Positions 44,124 to 58,557 of a DNA stretch of 64,000 nucleotides are shown here, piece by piece (positions within the stretch are counted from its first letter, which is position 1; the number at the start of each line of letters is the position of its first letter). The DNA is from Eledone cirrhosa (taxonomy: Eukaryota), in contig CAXHJY010001024.1 of NCBI GenBank assembly GCA_964016885.1, forward strand, positions 6,714 through 70,713, read 5' to 3'. Below the pieces are notes generated by a model. It had not been told where the DNA came from and did not search any database. It saw nothing but the letters and a program-made list of their open reading frames with translations. Made by a program: the position numbers and the translations under genes.

Positions 44124-44441
44124 TAAACGGAATAGAAAATGCTGACAAATTGTTCACAGTTGAAAAATGGTTTAATTAGGAATAAAAGAGTATTAGTGAT
44201 TGTATGGGTTAGTATTCAGTTGTGGTTTTAAGTTTTTAAGTTTTTACCGGTTGCGCATTTCTAAATGCTTTTCAAAAATAATTTTGAGATAGAGTGTCCG
44301 TGCTGTTTGCTCTGATCTGATTAGTTTTGGGAATTCTACCTGTTTTTATGTTAAAAAGTGGCTCCCAGCGTTACTTTGGTGTTGCAAAATTTCTTGTGGT
44401 CAAAACAATTTTGATTGGTCGGTAGAGGTCATATATATATG

Positions 44442-44485
<44 letters not shown>

Positions 44486-44589
44486 AGAGCGAGAGGGGGA
44501 GAGAGAGAGGGAGACAGGGAGAGAACTCATCGCTAGAAGATCAGTTAAAACAGTTAAATGGTATCAAAGATAGCAATGGGCAAAAATGC

Positions 44590-45710
44590 CTCAGAAGACA
44601 GAGACCAGTGGCCAGTGGTCAACAGAGAGACAATCCACAAGGTGGGTGACAGGTAGATGATATATAATGTCTCAGAGGACAGAGACCAGTGACCAGTGGT
44701 CAACAGAGAGACAATCCACAAGGTGGGTGACAGGTAGATGATATATAATGTCTCAGAGGACAGAGACCAGTGACCAGTGGTCAACAGAGAGACAATCCAT
44801 AAGGTGGGTGACAGGTAGATGATATATAATGTCTCAGAGGACAGAGACCAGAGACCAGTGGTCAACAGAGAGACAATCCACAAGGTGGGTGACAGGTAGA
44901 TGAAATATAATGTCTCAGAGGACAGAGACCAGAGACCAGTGGTCAACAGAGAGATAATCCACAAGGTGGGTGACAGGTAGATGAAATATAATGTCTTAGA
45001 GGACAGTGACCAGTGGTCAGTGGTCAACAGAGAGACAATACACAAGGTGGGTGACAGGCAGATGATATATAATGTCTCAGAGGACAGAGACCAGTGACCA
45101 GTGGTCAACAGAGAGACAATCCACAAGGTGGGTGACAGGTAGATGATATATAATGTCTCAGAGGACAGAGACCAGTGGTCAACAGAGAGACAATCCACAA
45201 GGTGGGTGACAGGCAGATGATATATAATGTCTCAGAGGACAGAGACCAGTGGTCAGTGGTCAACAGAGAGACAATCCACAAGGTGGGTGACAGGTAGATG
45301 ATATATAATGTCTCAGAGGACAGAGACCAGTGGTCAGTGGTCAACAGAGACAATCCACAAGGTGGGTGACAGGTAGATGATATATAATGCCCCAGAGGAC
45401 AGAGACCAGTGACCAGTGGTCAACAGAGAGACAATCCACAAGGTGGGTGACAGGTAGATGATATATAATGCCTCAGAGGACAGACACCAGTGACCAGTGG
45501 TCAACAGAGAGACAATCCACAAGGTGGGTGACAGGTAGATGATATATAATGCCCCAGAGGACAGAGACCAGAGACCAGTGGTCAACAGAGAGACAATCCA
45601 TAAGGTGGGTGACAGGCAGATGATATATAATGTCTCAGAGGACAGAGACCAGTGGTCAGTGGTCAACAGAGAGACAATCCATAAGGTGGGTGACAGGTAG
45701 ATGATATATA
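44590..45710. repeat. Minisatellite, 81-bp unit, about 14 copies
   Basis: ctcagaggacagagaccagtgaccagtggtcaacagagagacaatccacaaggtgggtgacaggtagatgatatataatgt at 44671, 44752 and onward. Confidence 0.95.
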
Positions 45711-45880
45711 GATAAGATTGAAAGAAGAACGGGATAAGGAGATGTGTTTTGGCGCACAGGCGTGACTGGAAGAGGAAATATAGAAAGACAAGTTTACACA
45801 CATCTTCACTTTCATCAGCTCTCAAACCAGTAAAATGTTTTCGCACGAATTAATCAGTGACAGCATTGTTATACATATAT

Positions 45881-46080
45881 ATAGTGAGAGAGTGAAGAAT
45901 AACATGGTCGGCTGTACAGACAGTTTTATTTACAGTATTAACAATTGTTTCAGTGATCAGGTAAGTCTAAAGGCCGTGATTAGCGGCCTTTAGACTCACC
46001 TGATCAATGAAACAATTGTTAATACTGTAAATAAACCCTTTTTGTACAGCCGACCCTGTTATTCTTCACTGTTTCACTAT
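45881..46080. repeat. Imperfect 200-bp fold-back palindrome with hammerhead 3' half
   Basis: Axis loop tgattag at 45977-45983; arm contains GAAAC-aatt-GTT. Confidence 0.85.
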
Positions 46081-46245
46081 TATTACTCCAAGAATAACCT
46101 ACATGGGAATTGTCGCAAACTCACCACCTAACTAAGGAAACCTCTTGTTAAGTCAAACAACGCCGTACGTTAAAACTATCCACAATACAGTGTACTCAAT
46201 ACCTCTAACTGGATTACCTAAAACGATACCTTGTTATCCCCCCCC

Positions 46246-46288
<43 letters not shown>

Positions 46289-47490
46289 CAATCACACAAA
46301 TAAAGCCAATAACAACACCAAAATCAACAACACACCCAACAACACCAATAACTCCTCCACCACCAATATAAACATCCCCACCACCACCACCACCACCACC
46401 AATATAAACATCCCCACCACCACCACCATCACCACCACAACCACCAATATCAACATCACCACTAACACTACCACTACCACCACTACCACCATCACCACCA
46501 CCAATATAAACATCCCCACCACCACCACCACCACCAATATAAACATCCCCACCACCACCACCACCACAACCACCACAACCACCACCGCCACCAATATCAA
46601 CATCACCACTAACACTACCACTACCACCACTACCACCATCACCACCACCAATATAAACATCCCCACCACCACCACCACCACCACCAATATAAACATCCCC
46701 ACCACCACCACCACCACCACAACCACCAATATCAACATCACCACTAACACTACCACTACCACCACTACCACCATCACCACCATAAGAAATGTACACAAAG
46801 CCACAGAAACAATATGTCTGCCATCCAAACAAGAATTGACGATAAATTTTACTATTGTGAAAAGTGAAACTCGGAATTATTGTCAGACGTAAAAAAAATA
46901 TTGAAGGCGCTTGCTGATTAATTTAGTATGGCTGTTGATATTGGTGGTGGTGGTTGGTGGGTGGCGGTGGTGGTGATGGTGGTGGTGGTTGGTGGTGGTG
47001 GTGGTGATGGTGGTGGTGGTGGTGGTGGTGGTGGTGATGGTGGTGGTGATGGTGGTGGTGGTGGTGGTGGTGGTGGTGGTGTTGATGGTGGTGGTGATGG
47101 TGGTGGTGGTTGGTGAAGGTGGTGGTTACACGGCGGTGGTGGTGTTGAAGGTGTTGTTATTGATGTCATTGTTGCTGTTGTTTGCGGTTGTGGTGGTGAT
47201 GGTGTCGGGGGTGTTGTTATTGGTGTTACTGTTGTTGTTGTTGGCGGTTGTGGTGGTGTTGGTGTCGGTAGTGCTGATAGTGCTGGTGCTGTTGGCATTT
47301 GCAGCCTATGAAATTGCTTTTTTTGTTTTTTATTACATTTGTAGTTGTTGTTGTAGCTGTTGCTGCAGTAAATTATACTATATGGTGGTGTTGATTGTAT
47401 TTGCAGTTTGTGAAGTTGCTCGTGTTACTGTTGGTGTTGTTGGTGTTGTTGGTACTTGTAGCTTATAATATTACTATTATTTTTGTTACA

Positions 47491-47823
47491 GGGCGGTGGA
47501 TTGGCAGTATCGGTAGAGGGTCGGACGCCATGCTTTGAAGCATAGAGTTACCTCCCTTTATGATCTGAGTTCAAATCCCGCCGAGGTTAACTTTACCTTT
47601 CATCCTTACAGGGTCGATAAAATAAAGTACCAGTAATACACTAAGATAATTGCTGGCCTTGTGCCAAAAGTAGAAAGAATTATGAGATAAAATAAAGTAC
47701 CAGTAATACACTAAGATAATTGCTGGCCTTGTGCCAAAAGTAGAAAGAATTATGAGATAAAATAAAGTACCAGTAATACACTAAGATAATTTCTGGCCTT
47801 GTGCCAAAAGTAGAAACAATTAT
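47491..47823 (+). mobile_element. SINE family 1 copy with 3 copies of the 70-bp tail and a target-site duplication
   Basis: Full head; tatttttgttaca repeated at 47478-47490 and 47821-47833. Confidence 0.92.
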
Positions 47824-48010
47824 TTTTGTTACAGTTGTAGTTGGTGTTTCCAGTTTGTGATGTTGCTATTTGTTACTGTTGTTGTTGTGGTTGTTGTTAC
47901 TGCAGTAAATTGTACAATATGGTGGTGATGATGATATTTATAGTTTGTGATTTTGTGATCTTATCGTTGTTGTAAATTGTTGTAACAAATTATTGTTGTA
48001 AAGTATTATA

Positions 48011-48728
48011 TAGTTGTTTCTACTTTTCGCACAAGGCCAGCAATTACCCCAGTGTATTACTGGTACTTTATTTTATCGACCCCGTAAGGATGAAAGGCAA
48101 AGTTAACCTCGGCGAAATTTGAACTCAGATGATAAAGGGACTTAACTCTATGCCTTCAAAGCATGGCGTTGGTGTTTGCAGCTTTAATAATTGTTTATAC
48201 ATTTGGCACAAGGCCAACAATTACCCAGTAGATTACTGGTACTTTATTTTATCGACCCCGTAAGGATGAAAGGCAAAGTTAACCTCGGCGAGATTTGAAC
48301 TCAGATCATAAAGGGACTTAACTCTATGCCTTCAAAGCATGGCGTTGGTGTTTGCAGCTTATAATAATTGTTTCTACATTTGGCACAAGGCCAACAATTA
48401 CCCAGTAGATTACTGGTACTTTATTTTATCGACCCCGTAAGGATGAAAGGCAAAGTTAACCTCGGCGAGATTTGAACTCAGATCATAAAGGGACTTAACT
48501 CTATGCCTTCAAAGCATGGCGTTGGTGTTTGCAGCTTATAATAATTGTTTCTACTTTTCGCACAAGGCCAGCAAATACCCAGTGCATTACTGGTACTTTA
48601 TTTTATCGACCCCGTAAGGATGAAAGGTAAAGTTAACCTCGGCGAGATTTGAACTCAGATCATAAAGGGACTTAACTCTATGCCTTCAAAGCATGGCGTC
48701 CGACTCTCTACCGATACTGCCAATCCAA
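48011..48728 (-). mobile_element. SINE family 1, 4 tandem copies, about 177-bp unit
   Basis: gaactcagat at 48121, 48297, 48474 and 48651; only the rightmost copy keeps most of the 5' head. Confidence 0.92.
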
Positions 48729-48820
48729 ATGCTATTGTTTTTTGTTACAGTTGTAGTTGGTATTTGCAGTTTGTGATGTTGCTATTGTTACTGTTGTTGT
48801 TGCTATTGTTACTGTTGTTG

Positions 48821-48866
<46 letters not shown>

Positions 48867-49062
48867 AATTTGAAGGGGAGACTGTGTGTATTTGTTTAAT
48901 CCACACGATTCAATTCTCGTCCAACTCCCAAGACAGCAACAAACCAGACTTCGTTCCGACTAATTTACAAATAAATTCTGTTGTCTGCTCATGGCATTGT
49001 CCAAGCTTATAACAAAGCAACACATACTTGCTTCTGTGTCTACTTCAGTATCTGTTTGTGTG

Positions 49063-49107
<45 letters not shown>

Positions 49108-49187
49108 GTGTGTGTGTGTGTGTGTTTAGATATATGTGTGTATATTTCAGCATGCATATATCCATATGTATATATATATCATATAAT

Positions 49188-49221
<34 letters not shown>

Positions 49222-49392
49222 TATATCATATATATATCATATAATATATATATATATATAATATATATATATTTATACATAGAGATATACATACACACGA
49301 AAATATGCATATATATATCTACATATTTATCTCTCTCTATATATATATATATATATTAATACAAATATATACATATATGCATATGCATATAT

Positions 49393-49426
<34 letters not shown>

Positions 49427-49439
49427 GGATAAATATATA

Positions 49440-49486
<47 letters not shown>

Positions 49487-49672
49487 ATACATATGTGTGC
49501 GTGTGTATATATATATGTGGGTGTGTGTGTGTGTATACATACATATGTGTGCATGTGTATATATATATATATATATTGTGTGTGTGTGTGTGTGTATATA
49601 TATGTGTGCGTGTGTATATATATATATATATGTGGGTGTGTGTATGTGTATACATATATATGTGTGCGTGTG

Positions 49673-49761
<89 letters not shown>

Positions 49762-49971
49762 AGTGAATGCAACAGGAGCCACTGGGGGAAGTATGTTGTT
49801 TCAGGCAAAGTATGTTTTGTTTCTATTTAGTTTGTAGTGTATCATTGGGTGTGTGTATATATACACATTTACTACACATACAAACATACATATATATATA
49901 TGTGTGTGCTTGTGTATATATATAAACATATGTCTGTGTGTGCATGTGTGTATGTGCATGGAGATTTTGGT

Positions 49972-50042
49972 TCGTCAAGTATGAAATTTGTAAAAATTGG
50001 TAGAGAAAAGACGAATTTCTACAAATTTCATACTTCACGACC
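49972..50042. mobile_element. Small hairpin (MITE-like) element
   Basis: aagtatgaaatttgtaaaaatt / aatttctacaaatttcatactt. Confidence 0.6.
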
Positions 50043-50080
50043 TAATGCATGTATGTCAGTATATATATATATACGCACAC

Positions 50081-50144
<64 letters not shown>

Positions 50145-50326
50145 ATATATATGTATGAATATATGTGCACATATATATATATTTATGTGCACATATATAT
50201 ATATATATATATGCACATATATATATATATATATATATGCACATATATATATATATATATATATATATCCACACATATATATGTGCACATATATATGTGT
50301 GGACATATATATATATATATGTGCAC

Positions 50327-50357
<31 letters not shown>

Positions 50358-50679
50358 CACATATATATATATATATATATGTGCACATATATATGTATAT
50401 ATATGTGCATATATATATATATATATATATGTGCATATATATATATATATATGTGCATATATATATATATATATGTGCATATATATATATATGTGCACAT
50501 ATATATATATATATATGTGCACATATATATATATATATGTGCACATATATATATATATTATATATATGTGCACACATATATATATATGTGCACATATATA
50601 TATATATATATATGTGCACATATATATATATATAATGTGCACATATATATATATATATATGTGCACATATATATATATA

Positions 50680-50735
<56 letters not shown>

Positions 50736-50868
50736 CACACATATATATATATGTGCACATATATATATATATGTGCACATATATATGTGTGGACATATAT
50801 ATATATATATGTGCACATATATATATTTATGTGTGTGTGTGTGTGTGTGTATAATATACATACGCAGG

Positions 50869-50899
<31 letters not shown>

Positions 50900-51014
50900 G
50901 GTGTCGTTGGTGAAATATGCACTTAAACAGTGAGATATTCCGTTACAATAATTGCTGTCTCGGATTAACTAAAACAAATATTGAATTAATTGATTGTAAA
51001 TATATATATTGACA

Positions 51015-51059
<45 letters not shown>

Positions 51060-51328
51060 CACACACATATATATATATATTTATATACATATATATATAT
51101 GTATATATACAATGATATTAAATATCCCTTCTACTTATATGTATATATGTATACAAACGTATATATGTCTATATATATAGTAATATATTAATATATACAT
51201 ATATGCATATATATATATATATATAGATGCATATAAGTATATATATATATGTATATACATATATATATATATATACATATATATATATGTATATATATAT
51301 ATACTTATATATTTATACTTATATATAT

Positions 51329-51384
<56 letters not shown>

Positions 51385-51434
51385 TTCAACAGCTTTCTAA
51401 TAAAAGTGAGTGTACATTTTTTGTAGACACACTG

Positions 51435-51507
<73 letters not shown>

Positions 51508-51568
51508 CATACACATATATTTATACATATATATATATATATATACATACATACACATATATTTATAC

Positions 51569-51621
<53 letters not shown>

Positions 51622-51757
51622 AGTGTAATTTTCTACACAAAACGAAGGTTATAGAGAAAATTGAGGTTGGTAATGGCACATGGAATATATAAGAGACAGA
51701 ATACTTTTTTGTGAAAAAACATAATTTTATAAGGTAAGGAAATAATAAAGGGTATAA

Positions 51758-51805
51758 AAAATGACCGGTTTCGATGGGTCTGCAAAAGCCATCTTTTCAA
51801 ATGTT
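51758..51805 (-). ncRNA. Degenerate hammerhead motif
   Basis: aacat-TTGAAAA-gatgg..ccatc-GAAAC-cg-GTC-atttt; palindromic accggt stem III, mutated core. Confidence 0.55.
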
Positions 51806-52099
51806 GATTAATATTAAGAAAAATTAATAATACGAAGAGTTAAAATTTGAGACTTGAAAATTCAAGTATAAAATTCATTGTGGGATTTCATAGCAGTTTT
51901 CATCTAGGTAGCAACAACAGGTTGACTCTATATATATATATATATACACATTTATTTATACATACTTAAAAATGGAATGGGAATAAAAAGAAAGAACGGG
52001 TAGGGGGTGGGGGGTTCTCACCAGTTATCTACTGGGGTTTTCGGAGATTTCCACACTTCAAAGACAATATATCTACCCCCAGAACGTATATATGTGGGT

Positions 52100-52346
<247 letters not shown>

Positions 52347-52359
52347 CTATATCTATGTA

Positions 52360-52408
<49 letters not shown>

Positions 52409-52425
52409 CTATCTATGTATATATG

Positions 52426-52510
<85 letters not shown>

Positions 52511-52777
52511 ATGTATATATATATATATGTGTGTGTATGTATATATGTATATATATATATATATATTTGTATATATATCTATGTATATATGTATGTATAT
52601 ATATATATATATATTTGTGTATATATATATATATATATATGCATATATATATGTGTATATATACATATATACATATATATATGTATATATATGTGTATGT
52701 ACATATATCTGTATACTTATAAATACACACATATATACATATATATATATACACACAAATATCTATAAACCTATGCA

Positions 52778-52821
<44 letters not shown>

Positions 52822-53000
52822 TACACACACACATACATGCCTATACAATTATATATATATATATACATATATTTATTTAATATCATTGTATATATATATA
52901 TATATATATATACGCATGTCTATATATATGTCTCTCTCTCTCTCTCTATCTCTCTTTCTCTCCCTCTCTCTATATATATATATATACATACATATGTCTA

Positions 53001-53052
<52 letters not shown>

Positions 53053-53420
53053 CATACATACATATGTATATAGATATGTATATATACAGCCACACAAACA
53101 AGTTTATATACGCTATTCAATTTCCTCTACCTCGATATATACAAACACCACGCCTGCGCAGCTGAGTGCTGGTGGTCCTTTATGTACGTCAGACCGGAAG
53201 TGCCCTACTGTTAGTTCAAAAAGGGTCACTTCAGCGGTCGCCACCAGAGGGCCAACCGGATGTTGACCTGCTGGATTTCACAGAATCCTATTTTTTTTTT
53301 TTTTGCTTCCTTTTGCTGCTGTTGTTGTTGTTGTTGTTAGTGGTGGTGTTGGCGTGGTGGTGGTGGTGGTGGTGGTGGTGAAGGTGGTTGTGGTGCTGGT
53401 GGAGGGTCTGTGGTTTTTCT

Positions 53421-53480
<60 letters not shown>

Positions 53481-53582
53481 TGAAAAGATTCAGGACCCCA
53501 ACGGCTGAGCTCCGGCCGTTTCGACAGCTAGATCCGAATATATATATATATATACACACATATATATATATATATACACACA

Positions 53583-53618
<36 letters not shown>

Positions 53619-53619
53619 C

Positions 53620-53830
53620 GTAGGTCCCGGGTTGAGTCGGGGATAACCACAGTAAGTAAGGTACTCAATACATGGCAGAGTAAATTTTTATTTTTTTTTT
53701 ATTTTTTTTATTTTATAGAAGGAGCTTCTACAGGACTAGTACTGTTTCATTCAGATGAAATCTTCAGGAAGATCTTCCTGAAGATTTCATCTGAATGAAA
53801 CAGTACTAGTCCTGTAGAAGCTCCTTCTAT

Positions 53831-53836
<6 letters not shown>
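53620..53836 (-). mobile_element. Family E element ending in a perfect 128-bp palindrome (53709-53836) with two mirror hammerhead cores
   Basis: Axis at 53772/53773; CTGAAGA-tttc-atct-gaat-GAAAC-agtacta-GTC at 53778-53811 and its mirror; stem I 5' strand not evident. Confidence 0.85.
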
Positions 53837-53908
<72 letters not shown>

Positions 53909-53909
<1 letters not shown>

Positions 53910-54040
53910 TGTATCCCGTTTTCGATCGAGGCTAACCACAGTAAGTAAGGTACTCAATACATTACATAGCAGAGTAATACTTAATATAGAAATGGCTTCT
54001 ACAGGACTGGAAGTGTTTCATTCAGAGGAAATCATCAGGT
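53909..54040 (-). mobile_element. Family E second copy with hammerhead core (54003-54038)
   Basis: Minus strand CTGATGA-tttc-ctct-gaat-GAAAC-acttcca-GTC-ctgtagaag; shares aaccacagtaagtaaggtactcaatac with 53645-53671. Confidence 0.75.
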
Positions 54041-55965
54041 TTCCTTCGCTGCTAAGTCCCTAAAGAGGGAGTGATTCGGGCCCCAGATTATGCATACGGT
54101 GGCTGTGATTTAACGGATATTTAGCTGCTGTTTCTAGCATCGCCAATGAGATCTCCCTTGCTGCCAAGTCCCTAAAATCTGAGTGGTGATGGCCCCTAGA
54201 TTATACGTAGATAGGGACCCGACACGTGGGGTGTGATTTGAGGGATATTTAGCTGCTTTTTCAATGGTGACGATGATGTTGGTAATGGTGGTGAGGCGGG
54301 AGGGGAGGGGGGTAGTAGAGGTGGTGGTAATGTTGGTGATGATGATGATGATGATGTGTTGTTGCTGGTAGTAGTGATGATGATTGTAATGATGATGGTG
54401 GTGGTGGTGTTGGTGGTGGTAATAGGAGTGGTGGTGGTGATGTTGATGGCTGTGGTGGTGGTAGTGTTGGTGATGAAGCTTCTGTCGTCGTTTTTACTGG
54501 TGGTGGTGGTGGTGGTGCTGGCAGTGGTGTTGGTGGTGGTGGTGGTAGCGGTGGTGGTGGTGGTGGTGGTTGGTGGTTGTAGTGGTGTTTGTGGTGGTGG
54601 TGGTGGTGGTAGCGGTGGTGGTGGTGGTTGGTGGTTGTAGTGGTGTTGGTGGTGGTGGTGGTAGCGGTGGTGGTGGTAGTTGGTAGTTGGTGGTTGGTGG
54701 TTGTAGTGGTGGTGGTGGTGGTTGGTGGTTGGTGGTGGTAGTGGTGTTGGTGGTGGTGGTAGTAGCGGTCGTGGTGGTGGTTGGTGGACGGCGTTGGTGG
54801 CGTCGGGTGGATGTCGGGGTGGTGGTGTGGAAGACATGTTAGGAAATGGCTAAAACTGAACCGAGTCGTATCGTCTGCAGTTTCCGGGACATTAAACAGC
54901 AACTAGTTGTCAAAGACGACGCCACCATCACCACCGACACCATCCACCACCAACGCCACCAACACGACCACCGACGCCACCACCACGACCACCACCACCA
55001 CCACCACCACCGTCTCCAACACCACCACCACCATCCACCACCGACGCCACCAACACGACGACCACCACCACCACCACCGTCTCCAACACCACCACCATCA
55101 TCGCCACCACCACCATCCACCACCGACGCCACCACCACGACAACCTGAACAGCCACCCCTACCACCTGCCCCCACTCCCACCCGGACCTCCACACACCTT
55201 TTCAATTTATTTTGGTCTTCTCACCATCGTCTCCTCAGGCCGTAAATTAACTGTGACCGCCACCACCACCACCACTACCATCTCTAGTACAACTACCACC
55301 AATGCCACCGCCACCACCACTACCATCTCTAGTACAACTACCACCAATGCCACCACCACCACCACTAAACTACTACCAACACCACCACCACAACCATCTC
55401 TAGTACAACTACCACCAATGCCACCACCACCACCACTAAACTACTACCAACACCACCACCACAACCATCTCTAGTACAACTAGCACCAATGCCACCGCCA
55501 CCACTACCAAAACCATCACCACTACTACCAACACCACACCCACCTCACCACCATCATCATCACTACCAACATCTACAGAAACAACTTCACAAACACCATC
55601 ACCACCACCACTACCACAAATACTACCGCCATCATCATCATCACTACCAACAACAGCATCACAACCACCATCACCATCACTACTACAACCATCACCAACA
55701 CCAATACCACCACAATCATCATCATCACTTCCAGCAACATCAACACAACCCCAATCAAGATCACCATCACAACCACCGCCATCACCAATCCTCACAAACA
55801 CCACCGCCACCACCGCCAACAACAACACCACCACCACCACCAACACCATCTACACCGCAACCGCCAACAACAACACCCCCCAACAACACCACCAACACAC
55901 CACTCCCACCAACAACACGACCAGCACCACCGCCATTAACAACACTGCTACCCCATCAGCAACCC

Positions 55966-55996
<31 letters not shown>

Positions 55997-56337
55997 ACCC
56001 CGTCCCCCCCTCCACCTCACCGCAGCCACCCCACCCCACACCCCACCACACCTTAGCCCCCATGTCTAAAGTTTATTTACTCAAGTACTAATGGTAGCTG
56101 TGATTAGTACAAAAGAAATGTTTATATAATGGAAGCTAGCATAGATAAAGAATCCGCCATATTGTCTTGCATACAGCAGCGCCCTCTCGTGAGGGATTTT
56201 TTTTTTCATCCACAGATGAACACAGCTGTCGGACATTTTTCAATCTGTATGTATGTATGTATGTATATATATTTAAATATATATATATATATATACCTAC
56301 ACATATTTACAAAAGCATATATAGATATGACAAGGTT

Positions 56338-56371
<34 letters not shown>

Positions 56372-56706
56372 ATGTATATATATATATATTTATACATACA
56401 TACATATATATATATACATAAATACCTCTTTGTACACATATACATGCATATATATATACCTATATGTATATACATATATATATACATATATATATACCTA
56501 TATGTATATATATATATATACACACATATATACATACCTATATGTATATATATATATATACACACATATATACATACACACATATACCCACACACATATA
56601 TATATATATATGACATATATATCACAAGGTTTATAGTTATATATATATATGTGCTTGTATATATGTATGTATACATATATATACACATATATACGTACAT
56701 ACATAC

Positions 56707-56755
<49 letters not shown>

Positions 56756-57026
56756 GTACATACATACATACATATATATATATATATATTCGTATATTAC
56801 TCGCCAAACATGGTCTGGTTCATACTAAAGGCAATATGTAGTTATTCTATATAAATATGACTAAACCTTCAGTAATCTTTGATCGTCTGATTCTAACTCT
56901 GCCTATCGCCATATTATATTTTACATTCATTTAAAACATTTAAAAATAATTTTTCTGAAACCTTTATTAAAGAAAATCCACCAAATTACAAGGACTTTTC
57001 TCTATCTATCTATCTATCTATCTATC

Positions 57027-57450
57027 ACCCCGAAAGGACCGAGGTCAGACACCTTTCTCTCTGGCCAACAACTGGTCCGTTTCTTCCGATATCATTTCGG
57101 AAGAAGGATCAGGATGGAGAGAGAGGTGCTGCACCCCAGCCGTTTTTATGAAAGATGGGTGAAAGTGGCGAGAATGGCCCGTGTGAATGGGCCTTCACTC
57201 TACATCAGACTATAGGTGAGGAAGATGAAAGACCAAGGGAACACCCCTTCTCTGTGCTCCTGAGGAAAAGGGTTGCACACTTTTTTCGGGGGTGTGTGCG
57301 ACCCCCCCAGGCGCCTCCTCTCTATTGATGATTTTGTTATTTATTTTATTCTGTTATATTTTATTTTATTTTTATATTTTGTTATTGCCTCCTCCTTATT
57401 GAGGACGCCTTGTTTTGTAAACTCCTCCCTGGTGGCAAATAAAAGAAACA
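57027..57450 (+). mobile_element. 5'-truncated Tx1/L1-like LINE 3' end, copy 1
   Basis: Open frame 57027-57215 ...GQQLVRFFRYHFGRRIRMEREVLHPSRFYERWVKVARMARVNGPSLYIRL*, then a 3' UTR and aataaaagaaac; (TCTA)n on both sides. Confidence 0.6.
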
Positions 57451-57460
57451 TATCTATCTA

Positions 57461-57700
57461 TCACCCCAGTAAATTTACTGAAAGGTGGGTAAATGTGGTA
57501 AAAATGGCCCGAGTGATTGGGCCTTCTCTGTATATAAACCTGTAGGTTGAAGAAGAGAGCAAAAGGAAGAAAGGTGCACTTGCACAACATGCTCCTGAAG
57601 TTGAGGGTTGTTCTATCTACGGGGTATAAAGCAACCCATTTGTAACGCCTCCCCCCTATTGGGGATTTCGATTGTTAAAATTGTATGTTAAATAACAATC
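57461..57700 (+). mobile_element. Tx1/L1-like LINE 3' end, diverged copy 2
   Basis: HPSKFTERWVNVVKMARVIGPSLYINL* (stop 57543-57545), homologous to copy 1 with a similar UTR hairpin. Confidence 0.6.
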
Positions 57701-57723
57701 AAAGAGTGTTTAAAACATTTAAT

Positions 57724-57770
57724 CACTTACGATTGTTTCATCATAGCACAAGGCTGGATTCATCAGAATG
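57724..57770 (-). ncRNA. Type I hammerhead ribozyme
   Basis: catt-CTGATGA-atccagc-cttgt-gctatgat-GAAAC-aatc-GTA-agtg. Confidence 0.75.
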
Positions 57771-57881
57771 GATAATAAAGGTTAAAACAAAAATATATCA
57801 GAATTTTGTCATCGGCTTTGTATTATACTTGTTATTTTACATTGAGCTATTTTCATACTTGTAATTGTATATTCCCCACAT

Positions 57882-57916
<35 letters not shown>

Positions 57917-57938
57917 GGGGGATGGAGATAGATACAAT

Positions 57939-58036
<98 letters not shown>

Positions 58037-58049
58037 CGTTTAAATAGAA

Positions 58050-58180
58050 CGGTGCCCCAGCATGGCCACAGTCTGATTGAAACCTGTAAAAGAATAAGTA
58101 CTCGGGTTGATATTATTGACTAAATCAAGGCAGTTTCCCAGCATGGCCACAGTCTAATGACTGAAACCTGCGAAAGAGTA
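58050..58180 (+). mobile_element. Duplicated SINE-like 3' tail fragment
   Basis: cccagcatggccacagtct..tgaaacctg occurs twice. Confidence 0.55.
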
Positions 58181-58519
58181 TTAGTATTATAAGAACCTGT
58201 TTAGGAAGGAATTCTAACGGGTTTTTCTTTTTTGTCAAAGAATTCCTGGCGGAAATCCAACCTGTTTTTAGTCAGCTTATGAAAACATTGACAGGAAGTG
58301 GCAATTGTCATGCGCAGAATAGCATTCAATATACGCACACACAGAGATACACACATAAACACACACACACATACACACACACACACATACACACACACAC
58401 TATTCTTTGTTACACACACAAACACACTATTCATGGTGTTGTTACTTACACACACACACACATACACACACACAAACACATTATTCATTGTTACACGCAC
58501 ACAGACACACTCTTTTTTG

Positions 58520-58557
<38 letters not shown>

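Noticed and set aside
44554-45846. 27-aa repeat ORFs in the 81-bp minisatellite (possible zinc-finger array)
   Set aside because: No C2H2 pattern, and the frame is broken by 7-bp and 2-bp unit deletions
46218-46832. Gly-rich GGDVYIGG ORF as a structural protein
   Set aside because: Built from a duplicated (GGT)n tract and runs into (AT)n; no signal peptide or exon evidence
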